Notes under the pieces: model-generated | The model's input: only the letters and a program-made list of their open reading frames with translations | What the model was told of the DNA's origin: nothing | Databases searched by the model: none | From: Phyllobates terribilis | Lineage: Eukaryota | Direction: 5' to 3' | Assembly (NCBI RefSeq): GCF_046119375.1 | Contig: NW_027362773.1 | Coordinates: 135,098,001-135,162,000 of the forward strand | DNA: 64,000 nt | Translations under genes and position numbers: made by a program | In this document: positions 10,571 through 20,453 of the stretch, in pieces | Position numbering within the stretch: the stretch's first letter is position 1 | Layout: every line of letters begins with the position of its first letter

Positions 10571-13500
10571 CTATGAGGATCCTCCAGATCCCCTAGGCCC
10601 AGGCTTATCAGGAAACCTCCTTTGAAACGCTCTGACAAGTCTGGAAGCAGAAACATCATCCCCCCTCACCCATGAGTTATCCTCGGGACCGAAACCCTTC
10701 CAAGCGACGAGATACTGCAAACTCCCTCTATACCGTCTAGAATTAAGGATGCAGGAAATTTCATATTCCCCGTCCTCCACCACCGGAGGAACAGTGGCAG
10801 TGGCGTCTCTATCAGATACATCAGCTTTTTTCAATAGAGAAACATGGAACACCGGATTAATCTTCCAGGAGGTGGGAATCTCCAACCTAACAGCAGATTG
10901 GTTGACTACCTGAAGCACCTTAAAGGGCCCTACAAACTTGGGACTCAATTTTTTAGAAGGAATCCTCAACCGCAGATTCTTAGAGGACAACCAAACCATG
11001 TCACCAGCCGTAAACAAAACCTCTTGACGTTTCCTGTCAAAATACCTCTTAGATTTTTTGTTAGCCTCCTGTAGATTACCACGCACATCCATCCAAACTC
11101 TTTCCAAATCACCGGAAAAACTCTCCTCCTCAGGCACAGCCGATACCAATTTGGAGAATGACCCAAAAGACGGAGGTCTCCCAGAACAACAAAAAAAAGG
11201 CGAGCACCCAGCAGAAGAGGATATATGGTTGTTAAGAGCAAATTCAGCAAGCGCCAGAAACTCAGACCGCCCTTCTTGATTGTCTGCCACAAAACAACGC
11301 AAAAACTGCTCAACATCCTGGTTCTTCCTTTCTGTCTGGCCATTAGACTCAGGATGATATCTAGATGAAAATGACAAATGAACTCCCAACCTGTCACAAA
11401 AGGCACGCCAAAAACGAGCCACAAACTGAGGTCCCCTATCAGAAACAATGTCAGTAGGAAGACCATGGAGTCTGACAATCTCCTTGACAAAGGCCTTAGC
11501 GAGTGTCTTAGCGCAGGGCAGTTTGATGAAGGGAACCAAGTGACACATCTTGCTAAAATGGTCCATGACCACCCAGATGACCGTGAAACCCTCAGAGGGG
11601 GGAAGGTCAGTAATAAAGTCCATAGCCAGATGTGTCCAAGGTGCACTAGGAACCTCCAGAGGGCAAAGCAACCCCGCAGCAGGAGCATGCGAAGACTTAG
11701 ACCTAGCACACACAGTACATTGACGCACCCACTTAATGACTTCCTTCTGCCATCCAGGCCACCAAAAACTGCGACCCACAAGTCTCTTGGTCTCAGAAAT
11801 TCCTGGATGACCTGCCAACCGAGACTCATGACACTCAACAAACAAATCTCTCCTAAAGGTCCTAGGCACAAACAACCTCCCATGGGGAGTGTTAAATGGG
11901 GCATTCTCCTGAGCTTTAAGAATCTTATCTTCCAACACGGAGTCCAATGCAGCAATCACCACACCTTCTTGTAAAATGCTCTCCTCCTCCTCAGCACCGA
12001 CCATGGGAGAAAAGCTGCGAGACAAAGCATCAGCTTTAACATTCTTGGTACCCGGGATGTAAGTAACGGAAAAATTAAACCGCGAAAAAAAAAGTGCCCA
12101 CCTAGCCTGACGGGCATTCAAGCGCTTGGCAGCATCAAGATAGATCAGATTTTTATGATCAGTGAAAACCTGAATGGGAAATTCAGCACCTTCCAAGAGA
12201 TGACGCCAGTGTTCAAATGCGAGTTTAATAGCCAGCAATTCCCGATTACCAATATCGTAATTAAGTTCCGTCTCAGAAATTTTTTTTGAAAAAAAGGCAC
12301 AGGGATGTACTCCATCCTTGATTTCCTGAGACAAAACCGCACCGACCCCCACAGAAGAAGCATCAACCTCAACCAAAAACGGCTTAGTCACATCAGGCTG
12401 CATAAGGATGGGGGCAGAGCTGAACCTCTCCTTTAGAAACACAAAAGCTTCAATGGCCTCAGTAGTCCACTGAACCGTATTAGCACCTTTCCTGGTGAGA
12501 TCGGTCAGTGGTTTAACAATAATAGAAACATTTTTAATGAATTTTCTGTAGTAATTGGCGAAACCCAAAAACCTCTGTATCGATTTCAAACCATTAGACC
12601 TAGGCCATTCCTGCACAGCTTGAACTTTCACAGGGTCCATCTCAAAACCCTCACGGGAGATAATGTAGCCCAAAAAACTAATTCTCTGTACAGCGAACTC
12701 ACAATTCTCCAGCTTAGCAAAAAGCGAATTGTCAATCAATAACTGCAATACCTCACGTACGCTTCGCCAATGAGACTCCAGATCAGGCGAATAAATAAAA
12801 ATGTCATCCAAATACACAACCACATTTTTGCCGATCAAAGGTCTAAGGATGTCATTAATAAGATTCTGAAAAAATGCTGGAGCATTGGTAACACCAAAAG
12901 GCATAACCAGATTCTCAAAATGACCCACAGGAGTGTTAAAAGCAGTTTTCCATTTATCACCTTCCTTCATGCGCAACAAATTGTATGCCCCCCGGAGATC
13001 AATTTTAGAGAACCATTTGGCCCCCACTAACTGGTTAAACAAATCAGGAATCAATGGCAGTGGGTAGGGATTGCATACAGTAATTTTATTAATCTCGCGA
13101 AAGTCCAGACAAGGACGTAAACCGCTGTCCTTTTTTTTAACAAAAAAAAATCCAACAGCCACAGGTGACTTAGAGGGTCTGATATGACCGGCGGCCAAGC
13201 TCGTCTGTATGTATTCCTCCAAAGCCTTTCTCTCAGGAATAGTAAGATTAAATAAACGACTTTTAGGGAGAGTCGCTCCAGGGACAAATTCAATGGTACA
13301 ATCATAGTCTCTATGAGGAGGCAAAATTTGCGACTCCTCCTCAGAAAAAACTTTCCAAAAATCCTGAATAGGTACAGGTAATTCCCCTTTATTGTGCAAT
13401 TTTAACCAGGGCAAACCCAAAACTACTGGAGAAGGCAAATTATTTAATACCACCAAATCCAAATTTTCTTGGTGAATACCATTAATAGTGAGGGGAAATT

Positions 13501-14548
13501 CATAAACCTTGTGAGTAACACATTTCAAGGGAGAAGCATCGACAGAAACCACGGCAATAGGGGATGACAAAGGTTTGGGTTTTAATTTAAGTTTTTCCAA
13601 GAATCCCCCATCAATCACATTCAGAGTAGAACCACAATCCACAAATACCCGAAATTCAATTAATTCTTCCTGAGCAGCGGTAGTAGCAGAAAGAAATACC
13701 CCCTTAGTATTTAAACAGGCTATACGGGCGTAACTGACCTTTTTTTTTTCTTTGTTCATACGAAGCACACAGTTCTTAATGAAATGGTCAGATTTTCTGC
13801 AATAAAAGCACAAACCTTCAGAAAATCTGCGGTCGTTTTCCTGAGAGCAGGGTGACATCGCCCCAATCTCCATCGACTCTCCAATGTCAGTACAGACCCT
13901 CTCAGAACTCGGAGCTGACATGGCAGAGGATTTACTCTCATTAACCCTTGCATGCAGTCTCCTGTCCACCTGTATAGCTAATTGCATTGCCTCCTGCAAG
14001 TTTCCAGGTGTAGGATTAGCAATCAGCAGATCCTTAACCCTTTCACCTAGCCCGGCAAGAAACAAACTTTTCAGAGCAGAATCGTTCCACTCCACCTGAG
14101 CAGACCACCGACGGAAGTGAGTACAATAATTTTCCACATTACCTGATCCCTGCCTCAAATGTCTCAATTCCATCTCAGCTGATGAGACACGATCAGGATC
14201 ATCATACAAAAACCCCAAAGCAGAAAAAAAACTATCCACTGATCTAAAGCACGGATAACTAGGTTGGAGAGAAAAGGCCCATCCCTGAGGTTCCTTGCGC
14301 AAAAGTGACATTATGAACCCTATGCACTGTGATTCATCACCAGAGGATCTGGGTCTTAAATGAAAATACAATAAACAAGCATTTTTAAAGGAAAAAAAAT
14401 CTTGTTGTTCACCAAAAAATAAATCAGGCAAACGTACCTTTGGCTCTACAAAATGCGCTCCAGAACAGCTACTCATGTGTTGTTGGAGCTCGGCCACCTG
14501 CAGAGAGAGTCCCTGCAAGCGTTGAGCCAAATTCTGAACCGACACCAT
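10571..14548 (-). CDS. Gag-Pol polyprotein, 1325 aa (Gag, CCHC knuckle, protease, RT, RNase H, integrase, chromodomain)
   Basis: CFYCRKSDHFIKNC knuckle; VFVDCGS protease; YLDD RT; VEVDAS/ELLAI/FTDH/ADALSR RNase H; HHCC plus D-D-E integrase (LAMDF, IVSDRG, QTER); C-terminal YEISCIL...QYLVAWKGFGPEDNSW chromodomain. No stop or frameshift. Confidence 0.95.
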   Translation of the reverse strand: MVSVQNLAQRLQGLSLQVAELQQHMSSCSGAHFVEPKVRLPDLFFGEQQDFFSFKNACLLYFHLRPRSSGDESQCIGFIMSLLRKEPQGWAFSLQPSYPCFRSVDSFFSALGFLYDDPDRVSSAEMELRHLRQGSGNVENYCTHFRRWSAQVEWNDSALKSLFLAGLGERVKDLLIANPTPGNLQEAMQLAIQVDRRLHARVNESKSSAMSAPSSERVCTDIGESMEIGAMSPCSQENDRRFSEGLCFYCRKSDHFIKNCVLRMNKEKKKVSYARIACLNTKGVFLSATTAAQEELIEFRVFVDCGSTLNVIDGGFLEKLKLKPKPLSSPIAVVSVDASPLKCVTHKVYEFPLTINGIHQENLDLVVLNNLPSPVVLGLPWLKLHNKGELPVPIQDFWKVFSEEESQILPPHRDYDCTIEFVPGATLPKSRLFNLTIPERKALEEYIQTSLAAGHIRPSKSPVAVGFFFVKKKDSGLRPCLDFREINKITVCNPYPLPLIPDLFNQLVGAKWFSKIDLRGAYNLLRMKEGDKWKTAFNTPVGHFENLVMPFGVTNAPAFFQNLINDILRPLIGKNVVVYLDDIFIYSPDLESHWRSVREVLQLLIDNSLFAKLENCEFAVQRISFLGYIISREGFEMDPVKVQAVQEWPRSNGLKSIQRFLGFANYYRKFIKNVSIIVKPLTDLTRKGANTVQWTTEAIEAFVFLKERFSSAPILMQPDVTKPFLVEVDASSVGVGAVLSQEIKDGVHPCAFFSKKISETELNYDIGNRELLAIKLAFEHWRHLLEGAEFPIQVFTDHKNLIYLDAAKRLNARQARWALFFSRFNFSVTYIPGTKNVKADALSRSFSPMVGAEEEESILQEGVVIAALDSVLEDKILKAQENAPFNTPHGRLFVPRTFRRDLFVECHESRLAGHPGISETKRLVGRSFWWPGWQKEVIKWVRQCTVCARSKSSHAPAAGLLCPLEVPSAPWTHLAMDFITDLPPSEGFTVIWVVMDHFSKMCHLVPFIKLPCAKTLAKAFVKEIVRLHGLPTDIVSDRGPQFVARFWRAFCDRLGVHLSFSSRYHPESNGQTERKNQDVEQFLRCFVADNQEGRSEFLALAEFALNNHISSSAGCSPFFCCSGRPPSFGSFSKLVSAVPEEESFSGDLERVWMDVRGNLQEANKKSKRYFDRKRQEVLFTAGDMVWLSSKNLRLRIPSKKLSPKFVGPFKVLQVVNQSAVRLEIPTSWKINPVFHVSLLKKADVSDRDATATVPPVVEDGEYEISCILNSRRYRGSLQYLVAWKGFGPEDNSWVRGDDVSASRLVRAFQRRFPDKPGPRGSGGSS

Positions 14549-14585
14549 GATGGAACTGGAGGTCTTTCCTTAGAGAAATTTTTGG

Positions 14586-14594
14586 GCTGGACTT
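14586..14594 (-). promoter_or_regulatory. Putative self-priming PBS of the Gypsy element
   Basis: Element-sense AAGTCCAGC lies 2 nt inside the 5' LTR boundary. It is complementary to GCTGGACTT / GTTGGACTT, which begins 30 nt downstream of TATTTAA in the LTRs. Confidence 0.7.
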
Positions 14595-15284
14595 ACTGTT
14601 ATGATCTGCTACAAGCACTAAGGAAAGACAGGAGATCTGTCCCTACAATAGAACTAAGCTTGATCCCTACGATGTAACGGGGAACCTGATCCTGCGATCA
14701 GACCCGCTAAAGTCCTCAGCTAGTCTGTACGAAGACCTATAGCTGTGAGGGAGGGATCCCTACAAGAACTAGGGACTGGGAGTAAGATGGACACCTCCTA
14801 GCAGAAATTGTAGCAGAAAAGGACAAACAAACAACATAGAAAATAGAGGTCAAGAGACCTAGCTAAACGGAGTAAGGTAACAAAGCACCTGGCTAGTTTA
14901 AGAGTTCAAATTACAATGAAGTCCAACAAGGCCAGAAGGGCGGAGAAGGATTAAATAGGCAAAAAAGGTCATGTGACCAGCAAACTAGAAAAAACCTAAC
15001 AGGAGAGTTCTAACAGTGGGACAGCCTTCTTAAGTAGTCTTGCCTTTCATTGGACACACCTGCCAAACTAATTAGCACAGGTGTCTGCAATTGCTTACAG
15101 TGATATAAAGAGCCCTGACACACATCACCATCAATGAGTTTAACTGACAAACAAACAAATTCTTCCCTTATCACTCCTAAACACTTTTTGCATAATAATT
15201 TGGAACACAGTGTACATGTGCTTTTCCACAAAACACCAGTGGTTCACGTAGTGAATCTTACAGTTCTAACTTGCCAACCGTGGT

Positions 15285-15768
15285 CTGTATGGAGTTGTTC
15301 AATAAAGGGCCCAAAATTAAGATAACATAGACGGGAAAGGTCTCTATGAATACGAATTCCTAAGTATTTGATACCCTGTGAGGGCCAGGCAAAGGGAAAG
15401 TTGGACTGGATGGAATCCTGTATGGATTTGGGGTGGGAGACATCGAGGGCCTCAGACTTTGCTGCATTAATTTTAAAATTTGACCACGTAACAAAGTGAT
15501 CTATTTCAGCCATAACAGCAGGGATGGATATATGTGATTGAGTGATATATACTAGGACATCATCAGCAAATGCAGAGCACTTGTACTCGGTGCCTCCCAC
15601 CTCAATCCACCTAATATTGGAGTTATGGCGAATTGATGAGAGCAGGTGCTCCGTCACTAGGATGTATAAGAGAGGGGACAGAGGACATCCCTGCCTTGTA
15701 CCATTGGAGATTATGAAAGGTGATGAAAATGTTCCATTTATCTTCAGCCTAGGTGATGTATTGCGATA
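15285..15768 (-). mobile_element. LINE-1 RT fragment, copy 2 (uninterrupted)
   Basis: ORF 15244-15657 contains CSAFADDVLVY...KYLGIRI; near-identical to copy 1. Confidence 0.87.
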
Positions 15769-16006
15769 CAGGGCCGTGATTTTGGCTATAAAAGGGTCCC
15801 CTTGACCCCTACCCCAAGCTTTTTAAGAGAATAATATATGGCGTGCCAGGAGACTCTATGGAATCCTATGGGACCCGTGAGCTGAGGAGAGCGGTGTCAG
15901 CGCCCGCCTCCCCCCCCCACTTGCTCAGGGACCCGGCACAATACTTTCCCCTCCCCGTGCCTCCGCAGCAGTTCCTGCATCCTCCGCGGCTGCTGCACTG
16001 TGACTT

Positions 16007-18099
16007 CTCAGGTCAGATGGTGCGGTGACGTCTTTACACCACACTCTCTCCTGAGCAGTCACAGCGCAGAGCGGGATGAGGCCGGCGATGCTGGAGTCCG
16101 GAGCAGCGGCAGCAGGTGAGACATGGGGTGAGTATTTGATTTTTTTTTTTATTGTATGGAGGCCTGTGGCAGTATAAGGGAGGGGGGTGAGGTGGACGTG
16201 TGTGACATCCTGCTTGGGGCATTATAAGGAAGGGGGTGTGTGTGACATCCTGCATGGGGCATTATAAGGAAGGGGGGGTGTCATCCTGCATGGGGCATTA
16301 TAAGGGGGGGTGACATCCTATATGGGGGGAACAGCCTGCATGGGGCATTATGTGGGGGGAACAGCCTGCATGGGGCATTATGTGTGGGGAACAGCCTGCA
16401 TGGAGCGTTATATGGGGGCCAGTATTCTGTATGGAGCATTATATGGGGGCCAATGTCCTGCATGGAGCATTATATGGGGACCAGTATCCTGCATGGAGCG
16501 TTATATGGGGGCCAGTATTCTGTATGGAGCGTTATATGGGGGCCAGCATCCTTTATGGAGCGTTCTATGGGGGCCAGTATTCCGTATGGAGCGTTATATG
16601 AGGGCCAGTATCCTGTATGAAGTGTTATATGGGGGCCAGTCTTCTGTATGGAGCATTATATGGGGGCCAGTATTCTGTATGGAGCGTTATATGGGGGCCA
16701 GTATCCTGTATGGAGCGTTATTTGGGGACCAGTATCCTGCATGGAGCATTTTATGGGGGCCAGTATTCTGCATGGAGCATTTAATGGGGGCCAGTATACT
16801 GTATGGAGCATTTAATGGGGGCCAGTATACTGTGTGAAGTGATTCACTGGTTTCTGAGCTATTGTGGAATGTACAATAGATATCACTCATGTAATGTAAG
16901 AAGTGAAATCTATGCATTGTACTATATATATATTTCTCTTCGGTATCTGTGCATCATGAATCGTGGTATGTGTTAAAAGGGCCCACTGAGACTCTTTCGC
17001 CCTGGGCCCACAAAAACCTGGAGCCGGCCCTGGGCCCCTGGCCCCATGATGAGCGCTAAGCGCTGGGACATCTCAGCGCTGCTTTCCTCTGTGTAATAGG
17101 GCAGCTCTGCCGCGGCAGCGCCTTTATGATTCCCCTGACTTCCGGTCATGTGACGGCGCCGTCACTTGGCCGGAAGTCAAGAGAACCTGGTGGCAGCGAT
17201 GGGGGGGGGAGAGAGCTGCACATGGGGGGGATGAGAGATGCACGGGGGGAGGAGAGATGCACGGGGGGATGAGAGATGCACATGGGGGGATGAGAGCTGC
17301 ACATGGGGGGGTGAGAGATGCACATGGGGGGGTTATGTTTACATAACTTTGTTGCCCTATGAAGGGCAGGGGGGGGGGCCCAAAAATTTCTTGCACAGGG
17401 GCCCACTACAGTCTGTGTCCACCCCTGGTCTCAGGTCAGAGGGTGCGATGACGTCTTTACACTACGCTCTCTCCTGAGCAGTCACAGTGCAGAGCGGGAT
17501 GAGGCTGGCGACGCTGGAGTCCGGAGCAGCGGCAGCAGGTGAGACGTGAGGTGAGTATTTGATTTTTTTTTTTTATTGTATGGAGGCCTGTGGCAGTATA
17601 AGGGAGGGGGGTGAGGTGGGGGTGTGTGACATCCTACATGGGGCATTATAACGGGGGGGTGACATCCTGCATGGGGCATTATAAGGGAGGGAGGGGTGAC
17701 ATCCTGCATGGGGCATTATAAGGGAGGGTGTGTGTGTGACATCCTGCAAGGGGCATTATAAGGAAGAGGGTGTGTGTGACATCCTGCATGGGGCATTATA
17801 AGGAAGGGGGGGGGTGTTATCCTGCATGGGGCATTATAAGGGGGGGTGACATCCTATATGGGGGGGGATCAGCCTGCATGGGGCATTATGTGGGGGGAAC
17901 AGCCCGCGTGGGGAATTATATGTGGGGAACAGCCTGCATGGAGCGTTATATGGGGGCCAGTATTCTGTATGGAGCGTTATATGGGGGCCAGCATCCTGCA
18001 TAAGCATTATATGGGGGCCAGTATTCCGTATGGAGTGTTATATGAGGGCCCACTGAGACTCTTTTGCTGGGGGCCCACAAAAACCTGGAGCCGGCCCTG
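16007..18099. mobile_element. Two tandem copies (about 16007-17032 and 17430-18099) of a minisatellite-bearing non-autonomous element with hAT-like end
   Basis: Both copies end CAAAAACCTGGAGCCGGCCCTG and share the body. About 130-170 bp of downstream sequence is also duplicated (17045-17190 vs 18115-18280). No TSD found. Confidence 0.65.
16399..16830. repeat. 31-bp minisatellite, about 14 copies
   Basis: Unit ATGGAGCGTTATATGGGGGCCAGTATTCTGT; the overlapping ORFs repeat every 31 aa. Confidence 0.9.
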
Positions 18100-20029
18100 G
18101 GACCCCGGACCCATACTGAGCGCTAAGAGCTGGGACATCTCAGCGCTGCTTTCCTCTGTGTAGCAGTGCAGCGCTGCTGGGGTAGCGCTGCTGTGGCAGC
18201 GCCTTCATAATTCCCCTGACTTCCGGTCATGTGACGGCGCCGTCACATGGCCGGAAGTCAGGACAACCTGGTGGCAGCAACGTGGACGAGCGCCAGGATT
18301 CTGGAGGGATCGCATGGGGGTAAGTATAACAAGTTTTATTTTTTTTTAAATACAATTAATTAACTAGGAGTGGGGAGAATCAGAGATGCACAGGGGGATG
18401 AGAGATGCACATGGGGGGGATGAGATGTACATGGGGGGGATGAGAGATGCACGGGGGGGATGAGATGCATGGGGAGGGTGAGATGCACGGGGGAAGTAAG
18501 TGCACTGGGGAGTGCACGGGTAATGTTGTGGGACCCGTGCTTATGGAAGGCGGAGAGGATACCGGAAAAAATCGTGGCGGTTGGGGACCTAGTATGGATA
18601 CCCGGTCGGCGCCGCCATAAGATTGTGGACAGCTTCCGCGTCCACGAGCCTAAAAGGCAACATTTCAAGTGCAAGCAGCTGCCAAGAAATCTGGCAGTTT
18701 AGTATTGTGGCCTGTGGGAGGGTGGGTGGCTGGCTGCATACTTGCACTTGTGTAGCACCCCGAGGGCTCGGCTGCTACAGGGGTATTGCACCTCGAACCA
18801 GAGGTGTGGTATTCCACTCCCGGGTAAGGATGGAGTGTGGACTAGAATTCAGTTAGCTGCATGCACGACATACATCCCATTTCCGGGGGACAGATCAACG
18901 GTACTCCCACCAGATAGATGTGCAGGTACGACAGCGTCTGTCCCTGGCTGGAGTGGGAGGGGGGGAGGAATATCCCAGTGGTGCAGGAGCAGAGAGGGGA
19001 GGGACTCTTGGCATAGGAAGGAGCCCATTGGTGGCTAGTCACCTGGGCTCGGGTGTCAGAGAGAGTATAAAAGGTGGGCACCATCTTAGGAGTGAGGGGA
19101 GTTCAGTCAGACAGAAGAAGAGGAGAAGAGTAGTGACAGGGAGCAGCAGCCCTGTCTGGGTGCTGCTCCTGAAGGGAGCAAGAGAGAGAAAGACAAAAGG
19201 AACAAGGAACAAGGAAGGAATGGAACCTGGAGAAAGGCCCAGAGACATGAAGGAAGAGGGAACCCTAACACGCTAGGAGTCTGCGGGTGAAGGGTTGGCA
19301 GATCAGGGTACCGAATCCCAAACTGGTGGAGGCCACTTATCCTCAGCCAGGAACCGGAGTCATGGCCACGTCTTGGCGCGACCACTCACTACACTCACCA
19401 CGAAGGCACGCCACATAGGGTCAGGGAAACCGGAGAAAGGTTTCGCCACCAGAAGGCCCGAGGAAGCTGGACATGGGTGGGTCCCTAGTGGGGACGGCCA
19501 GAGAAAGGAACGGAGAAAGGAGTTCAAGGTCACACTCTGGAACTGCCTGGGGGTTGGTCGAGCCCCGTACCTGGTGGACGCAGCACGGCTCGGGTCGTCA
19601 TCACCTGCAGGACTGACACTGATAACATCTGTGAGTAAAGCATTGAAAACTGCAATCAGTCTCTGTGTTCCATCGCACTACCAGCACTAAAGGTACCGGG
19701 ACGCTCTTTCTATCACTCCCTTCACCCGCACCAGCTGCCCTGAGGCCATACCTCTCCCGTTGGGGGTTATACCACCATTGCTGCACACATACCGCCGGCC
19801 TCAGCGGACTGTTCTGCAGCGGCGGCCTTGCGACCGCAAATCAACGGGTGGCGTAGTCGACACTTAAACAACATCTACAAAGACTGCCACACACTTAGTT
19901 TGACCACCCTGGGCACGGACCGGGTCCCCGCCACTCGGAGACTACTACCCCCATCGGATCCGGCTCCGGGTATTCCCCCGCGCACACGTGCGCCGCACTA
20001 CAGCACTGGCCCAGGGGGCGCGTCAACTT

Positions 20030-20047
20030 TGGCGTAGTCGGCAGGAT
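20030..20047 (+). promoter_or_regulatory. Primer-binding site for tRNA-Ser
   Basis: TGGCGTAGTCGGCAGGAT is the exact complement of the 3' 18 nt of vertebrate tRNA-Ser (...ATCCTGCCGACTACG-CCA). It starts 5 nt after the 5' LTR. Confidence 0.92.
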
Positions 20048-20453
20048 CTCGTGCCCGTAACCACCGGGTACTGCGTGCCTGAAAAAGAGACTTTTTACTT
20101 GCCTGTGGTGAAGTTTCCCGCCGTCCGGGGTCGTTTCCCGCCATCCGGAGCCGATTCCCGCCATCCGACGCCATCTTCTGCCTTCTTCCCGCCATCCGTG
20201 GAGTTTTCCCGCCATTGGACGCCATCTTGAGGACGCCGCGCGGGAAGAAGAGGGGCGTGGAATCCGAAAGCCCGCGAGAACTGAAGCCCCGCCTCACGTC
20301 CGGACGTTGCGTAAGGTCCTGGAAGGAGCCCAGCGACGCCGACGTCACAGGAGCGCGACGGAAGGTCCTCAACCCTGACGATCCACTGCGGAGCCGCGGC
20401 CTACGGAAGAGGATCATCGCCAGGTAGGCCACGGTCCATTAGGGGGGAGGAGG

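Larger units (their letters stand above)
10136..15015 (-). mobile_element. Full-length chromodomain Ty3/Gypsy LTR retrotransposon (Tf1/sushi-like chromovirus)
   Basis: LTRs at 14597-15015 (5') and 10136-10558 (3'), with TG...CA ends and about 12 substitutions plus one 4-bp indel. 5-bp TSD GTGGG at 10131-10135 and 15016-15020. PPT AGAAGAGGGGGTAC next to the 3' LTR. Confidence 0.96.
9129..15212 (-). mobile_element. Tc1 relic, copy 2 (9129-10135 plus 15016-15212), interrupted by the Gypsy element
   Basis: Homologous to 5146-6352 (roughly 93-97% by eye). Terminus TA|CACTGTGTTCCAAATTATTATGC at 15212. Confidence 0.88.

Noticed and set aside
10844-14099. Alternative-frame and antisense ORFs overlapping gag-pol, such as the 329-aa ORF at 10966-11955
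   Set aside because: No motifs; explained as shadows of a long coding sequence.
16310-16837. ORFs over the 31-bp repeat, and likewise 36423-37064 over the 32-bp repeat
   Set aside because: All three frames cycle the same peptide, which is the signature of a non-coding minisatellite.
15769-17032. Pairing CAGGGCCG (15769) with CGGCCCTG (17032) as one hAT element
   Set aside because: Flanks TTGCGATA and GGCCCCTG do not form a TSD, so the boundaries are unsupported.
20215-20427. 70-aa ORF in the same frame upstream of the CSD ORF
   Set aside because: Separated by two TAG stops and without an ATG. It may be part of the ancestral ORF, but one copy cannot support this.
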